From the NCBI GenBank assembly GCA_951406725.2, contig OX597814.1:184822001-184886000 (forward strand): a DNA stretch of 64,000 bases. Direction: 5' to 3'. The DNA is from Octopus vulgaris (lineage: Eukaryota). This document shows positions 10,114-21,938 of this stretch, piece after piece; within the stretch, counting starts at the first letter, position 1, and each line of letters opens with the position of its first letter. Both the position numbers and the translations under genes were made by a program. The notes under the pieces were generated by a model. The model was not told the DNA's origin. It saw nothing but the letters and a program-made list of their open reading frames with translations, and did not search any database.

Positions 10114-10883
10114 TATATTATATTATATGTCGAATTTATGGATTGAATTGGATTTCGTACTTGCATATTTCGAGTATCCTCCAACACTCAATGTATTCAA
10201 TGTTGTTTATTTCAGTGCAGGCTCTATGTTTTCATACCTAGCCATTTCTGGCGCCCTATGAGTTGAAGTGCCTTGATACTTATGAATCTATAAAACAAAA
10301 TTATTCATATATACATATGTGTGTGCATGTGTACGTTTGTGTGTAAATTTTTATGTATGTATATAAGTATGTATATTTGTCACTCCATTACCTTCTAATA
10401 TGTTAAATATTCTTTACACTGAAAGAAAGAAGGTTACACATTGCGCTGGGAGGCATGTTAGTAGATTACAAGACCCTTAGTAACATGATTATGACCTGTT
10501 TTAAACAATTCTGAAGGGACTAATCGCAAAGTCAAATGCGGTGGAACTAGAAATTAGAACATGAAAGGGTGTAACTAAATACTGTATTGCCACCCTTAAT
10601 GTTTTCAAATTTATGCGCATGGGTGTAAATTTGTAGGGTGGGAGGTAGTCAATTTAACCAAAGCAACACCGTTGAAGTATTGTTGCAGCATTCTGTTTAA
10701 TGCACCGTTGCCCTATTCGAGAGGAGCAAAGGCAAAATTGACAAAGGCGGGATTGGAATTCATCAAGTAAAAGTGTTCTAATTAAATGCCATAAGGCGTT
10801 TTCCACCCCTGCGTTGATTCTCATATTCATCATCCTTTGTTGTTGCTGTAATTGTTGTTGATGATGATGATGATGATGATGAT

Positions 10884-10914
<31 letters not shown>

Positions 10915-11074
10915 ACAGCAACGACCTCGACGAAAATACTGTGATAATGATGAAGATGGCGAAGAGGATGATAGTGATGACTTTTATTATTATCATCATC
11001 AATAATATTAATACGCTTTTTGTTTTTGCACGTATCTGTGGTGTGTGTCACACTTCAAATAAGTGATAAAACGA

Positions 11075-11390
11075 GAGAGAGGGCAGAGAGGAAGTAAGAG
11101 AGAAAGAGAGAGATAGAGTAAGAGAGAAGGAGAGAGTGTGAGAGAAAGAAAGTGAGGAAAGAGACAGTGAGTGGTGACGGCGTTCGTTTTCAGAGAGGAC
11201 TTAAGAGAGAAAGAAAGAGAGTGAGAGAGAGAAAGTGAGTGAGAAAGAGAGAGAGTGAAAGAGACAGTGGGTGGTGACGGCGTTCATCGCATGAGAAGTA
11301 GATACATAGATACACATTGTTAAATCAAAACCGGGAGAGAAGAGAAACACAAAGGAAGTGAACAAGAAAAAGAGAGTGAGAGAGACAGTA
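11075..11390. repeat. Degenerate (GA)n purine-rich tract with an internal short duplication
   Basis: Direct reading; GAAAGAGACAGTG.GTGGTGACGGCGTTC occurs twice. Confidence 0.75.
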
Positions 11391-11671
11391 GATCTTACTT
11401 TTGAAGGCAACTAAAAGAATTCCAGTCAATTTCTTTATTAACCATGATGTTGAGAAAAAAGGGGACGATACGAGGACAGACAAAACATTGGTCGAGACAA
11501 AGGCAAAGCAACAGGTAAGAAGAGAGAGAGAGAGAGGTGAAAACTTCGTTGTGGACTATCTGACACTTATTGTCTGACTGTCTGTCTGCCTCTCTCTTTA
11601 GGTATGTGTTTGTACATGTTTGTGCATGTATGTGTATGTTTGTATGTATATGATTGTGCGCTGGATCTCTC

Positions 11672-11947
11672 TCGGCATACTAGCAAACCCCCAAAGAATT
11701 CCTCTCAACACATGGCTATGACGCTCCCCCACTACTTCTGCTCCTGATCAGAGATGCAAATACCATCAGCCACTAAGGGATATGCTCAATTGGTTAGGTC
11801 AAACAACTGACAAGCAAATCTGTGGTATTGAGCAGAATATTTGCTGCAGCCCATCTTTTAAACCAAGACAAAACAATGTACATGATAACACTTCCAATCA
11901 GTTAAGATCAGAAGCCATGAGAGCCACTGCCTGGTACTGCATCAGGG

Positions 11948-11997
<50 letters not shown>

Positions 11998-12085
11998 ATT
12001 ATTATTATTAATTATTATTATTATTATTATTATTACTATTATTATTATTATTATTATTATTATCATAATTATTATTATTATCATA

Positions 12086-12149
<64 letters not shown>
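11672..12149 (+). mobile_element. Probable 3' end of a non-LTR element with an expanded (ATT)n tail
   Basis: About 280 bp of complex sequence ending GGTACTGCATCAGGGC directly into about 200 bp of (ATT)n; single copy here. Confidence 0.4.
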
Positions 12150-12150
<1 letters not shown>

Positions 12151-12362
12151 GGCGGCGAGCAGGCAGAATCGTTAGCACGCCAGGCAAAAATGATTAGCGC
12201 CATTTCGTCTGTCTGCACGTTCTGAGTTTAAATTTCAAGATCGACTTTGCCTTTCATCCTTTTGGGGTCAATAAGATAAGTATCAGTCGAACGCTGAGGT
12301 CGATGAAATCGACTAGTCCCCTCTCCGTGAATTTCAGGCCTTGTGTCTTTAGACGAAAGGAT
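12150..12362 (+). mobile_element. SINE family A (diverged)
   Basis: Family A head, B box and core. Confidence 0.75.
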
Positions 12363-12703
12363 TATATTTATGATCATTACATTGTGTTAGAATATCAGAA
12401 TCCGTCGAACGTCAGAAAAAAAAAAACGACCGACGCTCATTACTTACATGAACATTTCTTCTGTTCTAAGAGATTATTGTGTCCCATGTTAACAAGCGGT
12501 TTTAGGAAACTGGCATAATCCTTTATTCTATATAACTGTTCCATCAAATTAAAAGTTGTGTATTTACCAGCCATGTGATGAGAAACGGTTGAAAGCCAAC
12601 AAAAGGAAGGTATACACACTTGTAAATAGATGTCAGTACAGATACCTGCAGATGAATTAAACAAAAGTGGCCGGCGAGTCAATCAGGAAACATATATGTA
12701 GTT

Positions 12704-12908
12704 AAGGTGGCGAGCTGGCAGAAACGTTAGCACGCCTGCGAAATGTTCTGAGTTCAAATTCCACCGAGGTCGACTTTGCCTTTCATCCTTTCGGGGTCGA
12801 TAAATTTAGTATCAGTTACGCACTGGGGGCGATGTAATCGACCTAATCTCTTTGTCTGTCCTTGTTTGTCCCCTCTATATTTAACCCCTTGTGGGCAATA
12901 AAAAAATA
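12704..12908 (+). mobile_element. SINE family A with target-site duplication
   Basis: Flanked by GGAAACATATATGTAGTT / GGGAACATATATGCAGTT. Confidence 0.85.
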
Positions 12909-13904
12909 GGGAACATATATGCAGTTCTTTCACCTGCCAGAAATATCAACAAAATCTTCCTTCAAATATTGTTCTACTATTTTAAAAATTGCTGAACATA
13001 TTTGATAACTCAATTCTAGATATAATATATCAGAAAAAATATACACGAGTTTAACGACTAGAACTGAAGTCTAAAGATAAAAATTCATGCAAAGATGAAC
13101 AGTAAGCACAATACAAAGCAGAGAAGAAACATAATACTTCAAAAGTTAAGTACAAACATGCAAATATACTCACGCATTTCTACAAAAATATCAATATATT
13201 TACACGTGTACAAACACTAGTATAGGCACATACATGTGTACGAACACACAAGTATGTTCACAGATATGTGCACAAATGTCAATATACACCCACATATGTA
13301 CAAAAATATCAATATAGCTATAGATATGAACAAAATATCGAAAACAACACATGAACACAACCTCGAATCACAAGAAAACATTACAGGAAAAGACCCAAAG
13401 ATCTATAATTATTTTCCTTCTCACATTCATAATCTGACGGTAAATTTAAATAGCAAATTTACACGCAAGCATCTCATACATACAATACACAGAATCGACC
13501 AAAATAACTAATAAGCACTATGTAAATTATATGCACAGAATCTGGCAATACAATATTAACGGCCTAAAAATGCACTAACGGCCTTTAAAATTCCCATTAA
13601 TAGCCTAAAAACCCCTTTGTAGAACGAAAACAATTCATCTTCGTACAAGACTTTCTATTATATTATATATCTCTTTTGTGCAAGAACCAACATTATGAAC
13701 CTAACAGAGGGACCCGCAAATTCGAAATTATACATCGATAAGGCATGACGGATTATTCTGTGAAGCTAACCTCATGATATATACGAATATTAGGAATCCA
13801 GCAAATAAATACAACCCTCTTCAATAACACTCCTGATATGAAAATATTCAAAATAAGTATAATGATTCAATGTATATTGATATTATCGATATACATACAA
13901 TCTA

Positions 13905-14958
13905 AGGCGGCGACCTGGTAGAGACGTTAGTATGCCGGGCGAAATGCGTAGCCGTATTTCGTCTGTCTTTACGTTCTGAGTTCAAATTCCGCCGAGGTCA
14001 CTTTGCCTTTCATCCTTTCGGGGGTCGATTAAATAAGTACCAGTTACGTACTGGTGTCGATATAATCAACTTAATCCGTTTGTCTGTTCTTGTTTGTCCT
14101 CTTTGTGTGTAGCCCCTTGTGGGCAGTAAAGAAATAGGTATTTCGTCTGCCGTTACGTTCGGAGTTCAAATTCCGCCGAGGTCGACTTTGCCTTTCATCC
14201 TTTCGGGGTCGATAAATTAAGTACCATTTACACACTAGTGTCGATCTAATCGATTTAATCCGTTTGTCTGTCCTTGTTTAGCCCCTTGCGGGCAGTAAAG
14301 AAATAAGAAACGTTAGCACGGCGGGCGAAATGCTTAATAGTATTTCGTCTGTCTCAACGTTCTGAGTTCAAATTCCGCGGTGGTCGACTCTGCCTTTCAT
14401 CTTTTCGAAATCGATAAATAAAGTACCAGTTACGCACTGGGGTCGATGTAATCGACACAATCCCTTTGTCTGTCCTTGTTTGTCCACTCTATGTTTAGCC
14501 TCTTGTGGGCAATAAAGAAATAAAAAATGTTAGCACGCTGGGTGAAATGCTTAGCAGTATTTCGTATGCCGTTACGTTCTGAGTTCAAATTCCGCTGTGG
14601 TCGACTTTGCCTTTCATCCTTTCGGAGCCAATAAATTAAATACCAGTTGTGTACTGGGGTCGATCTAATCGACTGTCCCCCTCCCCGCAAATTTCGGGCT
14701 TGTGCCTAGAGTAGAAAAGATTATCAATATACATACAATCTGAGGCGGCAAGCTAGCGGAAATTGTTAGCACGCTAGGCAAATTGTTTAGCAGCATTTCG
14801 TCCGTCTTTACGCTCTGAGTTCAAATTTCACTGTGGTCGACATTGTCTTTTATCCTACGGAGTCGATAAAATAAGTACCAGCTGAAAACTGGGGTTGACG
14901 TAATCGCCTAACCCCCACTCCCGAAATTGCTGTCCCTGTGCCAAAATTTGAAACCACT
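13905..14958 (+). mobile_element. SINE A tetramer (13905-14720) followed by an older SINE A copy
   Basis: GTTCAAATT motifs at about 13980, 14164, 14367, 14583 and 14819; 21-bp direct repeat at 13883-13903 and 14721-14741. Confidence 0.85.
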
Positions 14959-14992
14959 CTTGAAGTTCTCTGTTATCCACTTTACACACATA

Positions 14993-15095
14993 GGTGAATG
15001 CGTGGCTATGTTAAGAACCTTTCTTCCCAACCACATGGTTCTGGGTTCATTCCCCCTGCGTGGCACCTTGGGTAAGTGTCTTCTGCTGTAGCATA
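14993..15095 (+). mobile_element. SINE B head fragment
   Basis: CGTGGCTATGTTAAG...CCACATGGTTCTGGGTTC...CTTGGGTAAGTGTCTTC. Confidence 0.65.
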
Positions 15096-15097
15096 AA

Positions 15098-15912
15098 TTG
15101 ACCTTAAACTCTGCTGTACATGCACACTAAGTTTTAACGTTTTAGCTTACTTCCGCAGTTTACAGCAGTGCTTGGAAGGAAGGTGTGTAGCGTGTGATCG
15201 TCGGATTGACCATGACAGAGGAAGTTGAGCAGAAAAGCTGCATGAAATCTTTTCAAAAACTTGGTGACACCAGCTCAGAGGCCTACGCAAGGTTTTCAAG
15301 AAGTCTTCATCGTTCGCGACACAATCAAGGAGATCTTGTGCGACTGAAACCCGAGTGTCTTTTTGGTCAGCTGGTAGCAGTTTTGGCACAAACTTGGCAG
15401 GCACGCGTCTCATACAAAAATCTTCAGTGATATTGGACTGAATTGAACCGTAACTTATCTGCGCATCCTCTGATAACTCACAGATGGTGATTCAAAGACT
15501 TTTCCTCACAGCTGCACGCACATCTGCTGTTTTTTTTTCAGTTCTGCTGGTTGCAGGTCTCCCAGAACGTTTGTCACTATCTACATTTTTACGGCCATCT
15601 TGGAAATGTCTGAACCACACGTACATTTGTGTGCGGCTCATACATTCCTCTCCATACACTTTTAGCAACCTTGCGTAGTCCTCTGAGCAGATATCACCAC
15701 AACAACTTTCTCTGTTATGGTCAATGTGACGATCACACGCTACACACCTTCCTTCGAAACACTGCTGTAGACAGCGGAAGTGAGCTAGAATATTATAACT
15801 TAGGGCACATGCACAGCAGAGTTCATGGTCAATCTTTGTCGAGCGCCTTTAATCTGCGTGTTTTAGCTTCGTTATTATGGCAACAGTCCGGATATTTATT
15901 GATCAGACGTCG
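15098..15912 (-). mobile_element. Decayed Tc1/mariner element with a fold-back duplication of its 5' end
   Basis: Transposase remnants RRVPAKFVPKLL...VAQDLL and WFRHFQDGR...RSGRP on the minus strand; mariner-type TIR TA|CGACGTCTGATCAATAAATATCCGGACTG at the right end; 15098-15292 is inverted at about 15668-15835. Confidence 0.8.
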
Positions 15913-16284
15913 TATACTCAAATTCAATGTCTTCTGTTTACATAACCTTCGCGTACCTCCTCAAAACATAGGCGGATGACATCACAGACGCATATCACAA
16001 CATTACAGACACAGCAGTACAGTTTTGCCAAACTTACACCAGCCACCAAGAAACCTGGCTACAAACCAAACGATTAGAAGCACCTGCCAAATCTCGCTAT
16101 CTCTCTTCTTACCAACTAGAACAGTGAACCCCAATTACAACCAATTATCATGCTCAAAGGTACACAGAACTTGGAAATGTTTGGAATTATATACAACACC
16201 TCTACAACATTCCTAGCGCATGTAGAACACAGTCAAGAACAAACAAAAAAAAAACTACATATAAATACACGCATAGTTGTTACA

Positions 16285-16710
16285 GTTGTTAGCAGCATTT
16301 CGTCCATTTTAACGTTCTGAGTTCAAATTCTGCCGTGGTCGACTTTGCCTTTCATCTTTTCCAGATCGATAAAATAAATACCTATTTCTTTAGGGGCTAA
16401 ACACAGAAGAGACAAACAAGGACAGACAGACGGATTAAGTCGATTATATCAACCCCAGGGTGTAACTGGTACTTAATTTATCGACCCCAAAAGAATGAAA
16501 GCAAAGTCGACCTCGGCGGAATTTGAACTCAGAACGTAACGGCAGACGAAATACTGCTAAGCATTTCACCCGGCGTGCTAACGTTTCTGCCAGCTCGCCG
16601 CCTTAAAATAAGATCGATAAAATAAATACCAGCTGAAAACAGGGGTTGATGTAATCAAATTGCTTCCTCTCCCTAAATTACTGGCATTTGACCAAAATTT
16701 GAAACTACTG
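16285..16710. mobile_element. SINE A (+) interrupted by an antisense SINE A (16383-16604)
   Basis: AGATCGATAAAATAAATACC duplicated at 16363-16382 and 16611-16630. Confidence 0.8.
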
Positions 16711-16747
16711 TCGACATTCACTGTTATCCATTTACAGATATAGGCCT

Positions 16748-16895
16748 AGGCGTGGCTGTGGGGTAAGAACCTTTCTTCCCAATCGCATGGTAGCGGGTTC
16801 ACTCCCACTGCGTAGCACCTTGGGCAAGTGTCTTCTGCTATAGCCTCGGACCGACTAAAGTCTTGTGGGTGGATTTGGTAGACAGAAACTGAAAC
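16748..16895 (+). mobile_element. SINE B 5' half
   Basis: Head plus CORE-like segment. Confidence 0.7.
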
Positions 16896-17177
16896 ATTCC
16901 CCACTCTGCACTCAAAAAAGAAATACGTCAGTGTACAAATAGTATGTTCGATCCGGAATGGGACTCTTCGGCGTCGCTGTTTTGATGCGGATGATTTGGC
17001 ACGGCTGAGTGGACGTTCAGCCTCTTTGACGACATTACATTTTGGTGCCGGAGGCAAATACACATACGCGCACACACGCGCACGCACGCACGCACACACA
17101 CACACACACTTATACATACACGCATACACATACATGCATGACTGCAGAGAAATATACACAAATAGAAAGTGTGTATG

Positions 17178-17642
17178 TGAGAGAGAGAGGGTGAGTAAAG
17201 AGAGAGAGAAGGAGAGAGAGAGAGAGAGAGAGAGAGACATTGCTATTTATTAATTGAACATGATTGACATAAATATTTACTCTCTCCCCATGGCACAAAA
17301 AATAATATGCTCGCATACTTAAACAGAGGGGGAGGGGTGAGAGGGGTGAGAGACTGAGAGAGAGAGAGAAAGAGAGAGGGAGAGAGACATAATTTATTAA
17401 ATAAATAGGACTGACATAAACACTTACCCTTTCGTGATACACATAACGGAAATATGCTCATACTTAAAACAAATAGGAGTGAGAGAGAGAGAGAGAGGGA
17501 GAGAGAAAGAATGAGAGATAGAAAGGAAGTGAGAGGGAGGGAGAGAATGAGAGAGGGAGAGGGGTGAGAGGGAGGGAGGGAGAGAATGGGAGATAGAGAG
17601 GAGTTGAGAGGGAGGAAGTGAATGAGAGATAGAGAGAGATAG
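17178..17642. repeat. (GA)n-rich degenerate tandem block
   Basis: GA tracts interleaved with a duplicated spacer (GACATAAA...ATGCTC.CATACTTAAA). Confidence 0.7.
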
Positions 17643-17894
17643 ATTCATTACAATTGATGTAAATACGTTCCCTCTCCTCACAAACAGCAAAAAAAAAATG
17701 TTCTCACGCATAAAAACACCAGGAGAATGTGAAAAACATTAAAACATCTGATATCAAACAAGACAGCGTTGAATCAAATACGCCAAATAAGGGGCACCAG
17801 AATGACTGTGCCAAAACGTCTCATACGCCGTTCGAGGTACCTTGGATTGTGCTAATCTTGCTTGGTTGATTCCAATTTCTGCACAATAAAATAT

Positions 17895-18017
17895 CATGGT
17901 TCCGGGTTCAGTCCCACTGCGTGGCATCTTAGGCAAATGTCTTCTGCTATAGCCTCGGGCCGACCAATGCCTTGTGAGTGGATTTGGTAGACGGAAACTG
18001 AAAGAAAGCCTGTCGTA

Positions 18018-18068
<51 letters not shown>

Positions 18069-18296
18069 GTGTGTGTGTTTGTGTGTCTGTGTTTGTTCCC
18101 CTAGCATTGCTTGACAACCGATGCTGGTGTGTTTACGTCCCCGTCACTTAGCGGTTCGGCAAAAAGAGACCGATAGAGTAAGTACTGGGCTTACAAAAAG
18201 AATAAGTCCCGGGGTTGAGTTGCTCGACTAAAGGCGGTGCTCCAGCATGGCCGCAGTCAAATGACTGAAACAAGTAAAAGAGTAAAAGAGTAAAGT
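17895..18296 (+). mobile_element. SINE family B (5'-truncated)
   Basis: Matches 2125-2472; tail (GTAAAAGA)n. Confidence 0.85.
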
Positions 18297-18316
18297 ATTA
18301 TTAATTGGAAATCTAT

Positions 18317-19480
18317 GGCAGCGAGGTAGCAGAGTCGTTAGCACGCCGAGCAAAATGATCAGCAGTATTTCGTCCCTCCTTACGTTCGGAGTTCAAATTC
18401 CACCGAGGTCGACTTTGCCTTTCATCCGTTCGGAGTTAATAAGTTAAATACCAGTTACGCACTGAGGTCGATGTAATCGACTTAATCTCTTTGCCTGTTC
18501 TTGTTTGTCCCCTATATATTTAGTCCCCCTGTGGGCGGGTGAAATGCTTAGCAGTATTTCGTCTTTCTTTACGTTCTGAGTTCAAATTCCGCCGAGGTCG
18601 ACTTTGCCTTTCATCCTTTCGGAGTCAATAAGTTAAGTACCAGTTGCGCACTGAGGATGATGTCATCGACTTAATCCCTTTGTCTGTTCTTGTTTGTCCC
18701 CTATATATTTAGTTCCACCGAGGGCGGGTGAAATGCTTAGCAGTATTTCGTCTTTCTTTACGTTCTGAGTTCAAATTCCGCCGATGTCGACTTTGCCTTT
18801 CATCCTTTCGGAGTCAATAAGTTAAATACCAGTTACGCACTGAGGTCGATGTAATCGACTTAATCCCTTTGTCTGTTCTTGTTTGTCCCCTATATATTTA
18901 GTCCCCCTGTGGGCGGGTGAAATGCTTAGCAGTATTTCGTCTTTCTTTACGTTCTGAGTTCAAATTCCGCCGAGGTCGACTTTGCCTTTCATCCTTTCGG
19001 AGTCAATAAGTTAAAATACCAGTTACGCACTGAGGTCGATGTAATCGACTTAATCCCTTTGTCTGTTCTTGTTTGTCCCCTATATATTTAGTCCCCCCGT
19101 GGGCGGGTGAAATGCTGAGCGGTATTTCGTCTTTCTTTACGTTCTGAGTTCAAATTCCGCCGAGGTCGACTTTGCCTTTCATCCTTTCGGAGTCAATAAG
19201 TTAAATACCAGTTACGCCCTGAGGTCGATGTAATCGACTTAATCCCTTGGTCTGTTCTTGTTTGTCCCCTATATATTTAGTCCCCCTGTGGGCGGGTGAA
19301 ATGCTTAGCAGTATTTCGTCTTTCTTTACGTTCTGAGTTCAAATTCCGCCGAGGTCGACTTTGCATTTCATCCTTTCGGAGCCAATAAATTAAATACCAG
19401 TTGTGTACTGGAGTCGATCTAATTGACGGGACCCCTCCCCCCCAGAAATTTCGGGCCTTGTGCCTAGAGTAGAAAAGATT
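18317..19480 (+). repeat. SINE A-derived tandem array, about 189-bp unit, about 6 copies
   Basis: GGGCGGGTGAAATGC at 18533, 18722, 18911, 19101 and 19290. Confidence 0.9.
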
Positions 19481-19743
19481 ATAATCCATTATTTTATTTG
19501 CCCACGAAAGCCCAATTTAACCCGAATTTGGACTAACAATGAAAGAATCTAAAACCGAGAACCCAGCACATTATTTTCTTAACCATCTGACTATTATGTA
19601 AAACCGAAAGTGATGCTGCTAGCATGCCACGATGTTGTTATCAATGGTTATTTTTTTATATTGCTGTTGCTGTTGCCGCTGGCGATTGTTTTCGCATTTG
19701 CTGTAGGAATGATGGAGGAGCTGCGGTGACAGTGTAGCAGATG

Positions 19744-19963
19744 GCGGTGGTGGTGATGGTGGTGGTGGTGGTGGTGGTGGTGGTGGTGGTGGTGGTGGTG
19801 GTGGTGGTGGTGGTGGTGGTGGTGGTGGTGGTGGTGGTGATGGTGGTGGTGGTGGTGGTGGTGGTGGTGGTGGTGGTGGTGGTGGTGGTGGTGGTGGTGG
19901 TGGTGGTGGTGGTGGTGGTGGTGGTGGTGGTGGTGGTGGTGGTGGTGGTGGTGGTGTGGTGGT
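19744..19963. repeat. Long (GGT)n microsatellite
   Basis: About 70 nearly pure units. Confidence 0.95.
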
Positions 19964-20308
19964 GTTAACTCACAGGTCAACTCTGATCAAGCAGATCAAT
20001 GGCACGTTAAGTTAATTAGTTGGATGAACGACCAAATACGATGTTGGTTTTTTTTAGTTATTCTGATGTTTGTCTCGTAGTCATCGTCGTCGTCGTCCTT
20101 TTGCTGCTGCTGCTGTTGCGTAGCCCAAGTTCAAACTTGTCTGACCAGGCGTTACGATCAAAGCCATTCCATTCATGACCATCCTTAAAGCGACGATCTA
20201 GCATGGCCGCAGTCCATTGACTGAAAACTCAGGAAGAATAAATCCCATCTTTTTTTTTTCTGTTATCGATATGAAGGACTATAATATCGGATATGTACTC
20301 TCAATATG

Positions 20309-20650
20309 TGACGGCGCATGGCTTTGTGGTTTGAGCGTCGGGCTTACGGTCGTGAGCTTGTGAGTTCGATTCCCGGACCGGACTGTGTGTTGTGTTCTTG
20401 AGCAAGACACTTTATTTCACATTGCTCCAGTTCACTCAGCTGTAGAAATGAGTTGCGACATCAGTGGTGCCAAGGTGTATCGGCCTTTGCCTTTCCCTTG
20501 GATAACATCAGTGGTGTGGTGAGGGGAGGCTAGCATGCATGGACGACTGCTACCCTTCTACAAACAATCTTGCCCTGATTTGTGCCTCGGAGGGTAACTT
20601 TCTAGGTGTAATCCCATGGTCATTCATGACCGAAAGGGGTCTCCTCCTTA
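20309..20650 (+). mobile_element. tRNA-derived SINE, family D, with TSD
   Basis: A box TGGCTTTGTGG, B box GTTCGATTCC, GTTGTGTTCTTGAGCAAGACAC core; ACTCTCAATAT on both flanks. Confidence 0.8.
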
Positions 20651-20671
20651 ACTCTCAATATATAAAGCAGT

Positions 20672-20895
20672 ATAGGCGGCAAGCTGGGACAATTGTTAAC
20701 ACACCGGACAAAAGGCTTAGCGGTATTTTGTCCGGCTTTACACTCCGAGTTCAAATTCCACCGAGGTTAACTTTGCCTTTCATCCTTTCAGGATCAATAA
20801 AATAAGTACCACTTGAGCACTGGGGGGGGGGGGTCGACGTAATCGAACTGTCCCTCTCCGAAAATTGCTAGCCTTGTGCCACAATTTGAAACCAG
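20672..20895 (+). mobile_element. SINE family A (diverged) with TSD
   Basis: ATATAAAGCAGT on both flanks. Confidence 0.75.
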
Positions 20896-21664
20896 TAATA
20901 TAAAGCAGTCGGTTTAGTTTACATGTGTCTGTTATTTTTCATTTTTGGGAAAGGTGAGAAGAATTTGGTTGCTATTTTTAGCTGCCTGAACGACCTCCGG
21001 GCATCCCTCCCTCACGGTGTTGATGCTTTGTTTTTGATAACGGTTGAAGGGAATGAGTTAATGATATTGGTTCCAGTCAGACAAAAACTTCCGAGATAGA
21101 AAGATGAGAAAATAATCAATAAAGCATTATAGAGTCCACCAGACCCGTTTACCCGCCACCTCAATGAAATTTTATTTTACAGTTTATTTTATTTCATGTT
21201 TTCATGTTTTCATTATTTATTTATTTATTTTGTTTATTTATTTATTTTTATTCATTTCACTGACTTATCTCTTGTAAAATCAGGAAAAAATTATAGTTCA
21301 GTGAGATGATTGATACAAATATAGTCATTAATATTCCAGCCCCCCCTTCTTCCAGCTGTGGAGACTGTGACTTCAAGCCATCGGGGGGTGGAGTGGTGAG
21401 GGGAAAAAAGTGGCGGTGGGGCGGGGAGGGGTGTGGTGAGGTTGTGTCGGGAGTGAGACACCAGGTGGGCATTAGGTCTGTTGGAAAAAAAAACAACAGC
21501 TAAATATCCCTCCACTTAAATATCCTACCCTTTTTCGTCGGGACACATTCTGGTATGTGTTTCTGCGTTCGCGTTTGCGCTCCGACTTAGTTGCATGAGG
21601 CCGTACGGGACGAAGTCATATGAAAACCCTGATGGAAGTCCGAAGCACCTCTGACGTGCAAATC

Positions 21665-21938
21665 TTATTTCATTACTACCCACAAGGGGCTAAACACAGA
21701 GGTGCCACGCAGGACAGGTGCCAAGGTGCCACGCAGGACAGGTGCCAAGGTGCCACGCAGGACAGACAAACGGATTAAGTCGATAATATCGACCCCAGTG
21801 CCTAACCGGTACTTATTTAATCGACCCCGAAAGGATGAAAGGCAATGTCGACCTCGGCTGAATTTGAACTCAGAACGTAACGGCAGACGATATACGGCTA
21901 TGCTTTTCACCCGGCGGGTTAACGTTTCTGCCAGCTCG
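21665..21938 (-). mobile_element. SINE family A with an internal 24-bp triplication
   Basis: GGTGCCACGCAGGACAGGTGCCAA repeated about 2.7 times at 21701-21764. Confidence 0.8.

Noticed and set aside
13236-13511. 91-aa Asn/His/Thr-rich ORF
   Set aside because: Low-complexity A/C-rich sequence with no recognisable motif or splice evidence.
18317-19480. CRISPR-like regular array
   Set aside because: Whole 189-bp units repeat with no unique spacers; SINE-derived, eukaryotic context, no cas genes.
21565-21660. GC-rich patch with ATGAGGCCGTACGGGACGAA and CTGATGG...CTGA (HHR- or C/D snoRNA-like)
   Set aside because: Core motifs are incomplete and there are no supporting stems.
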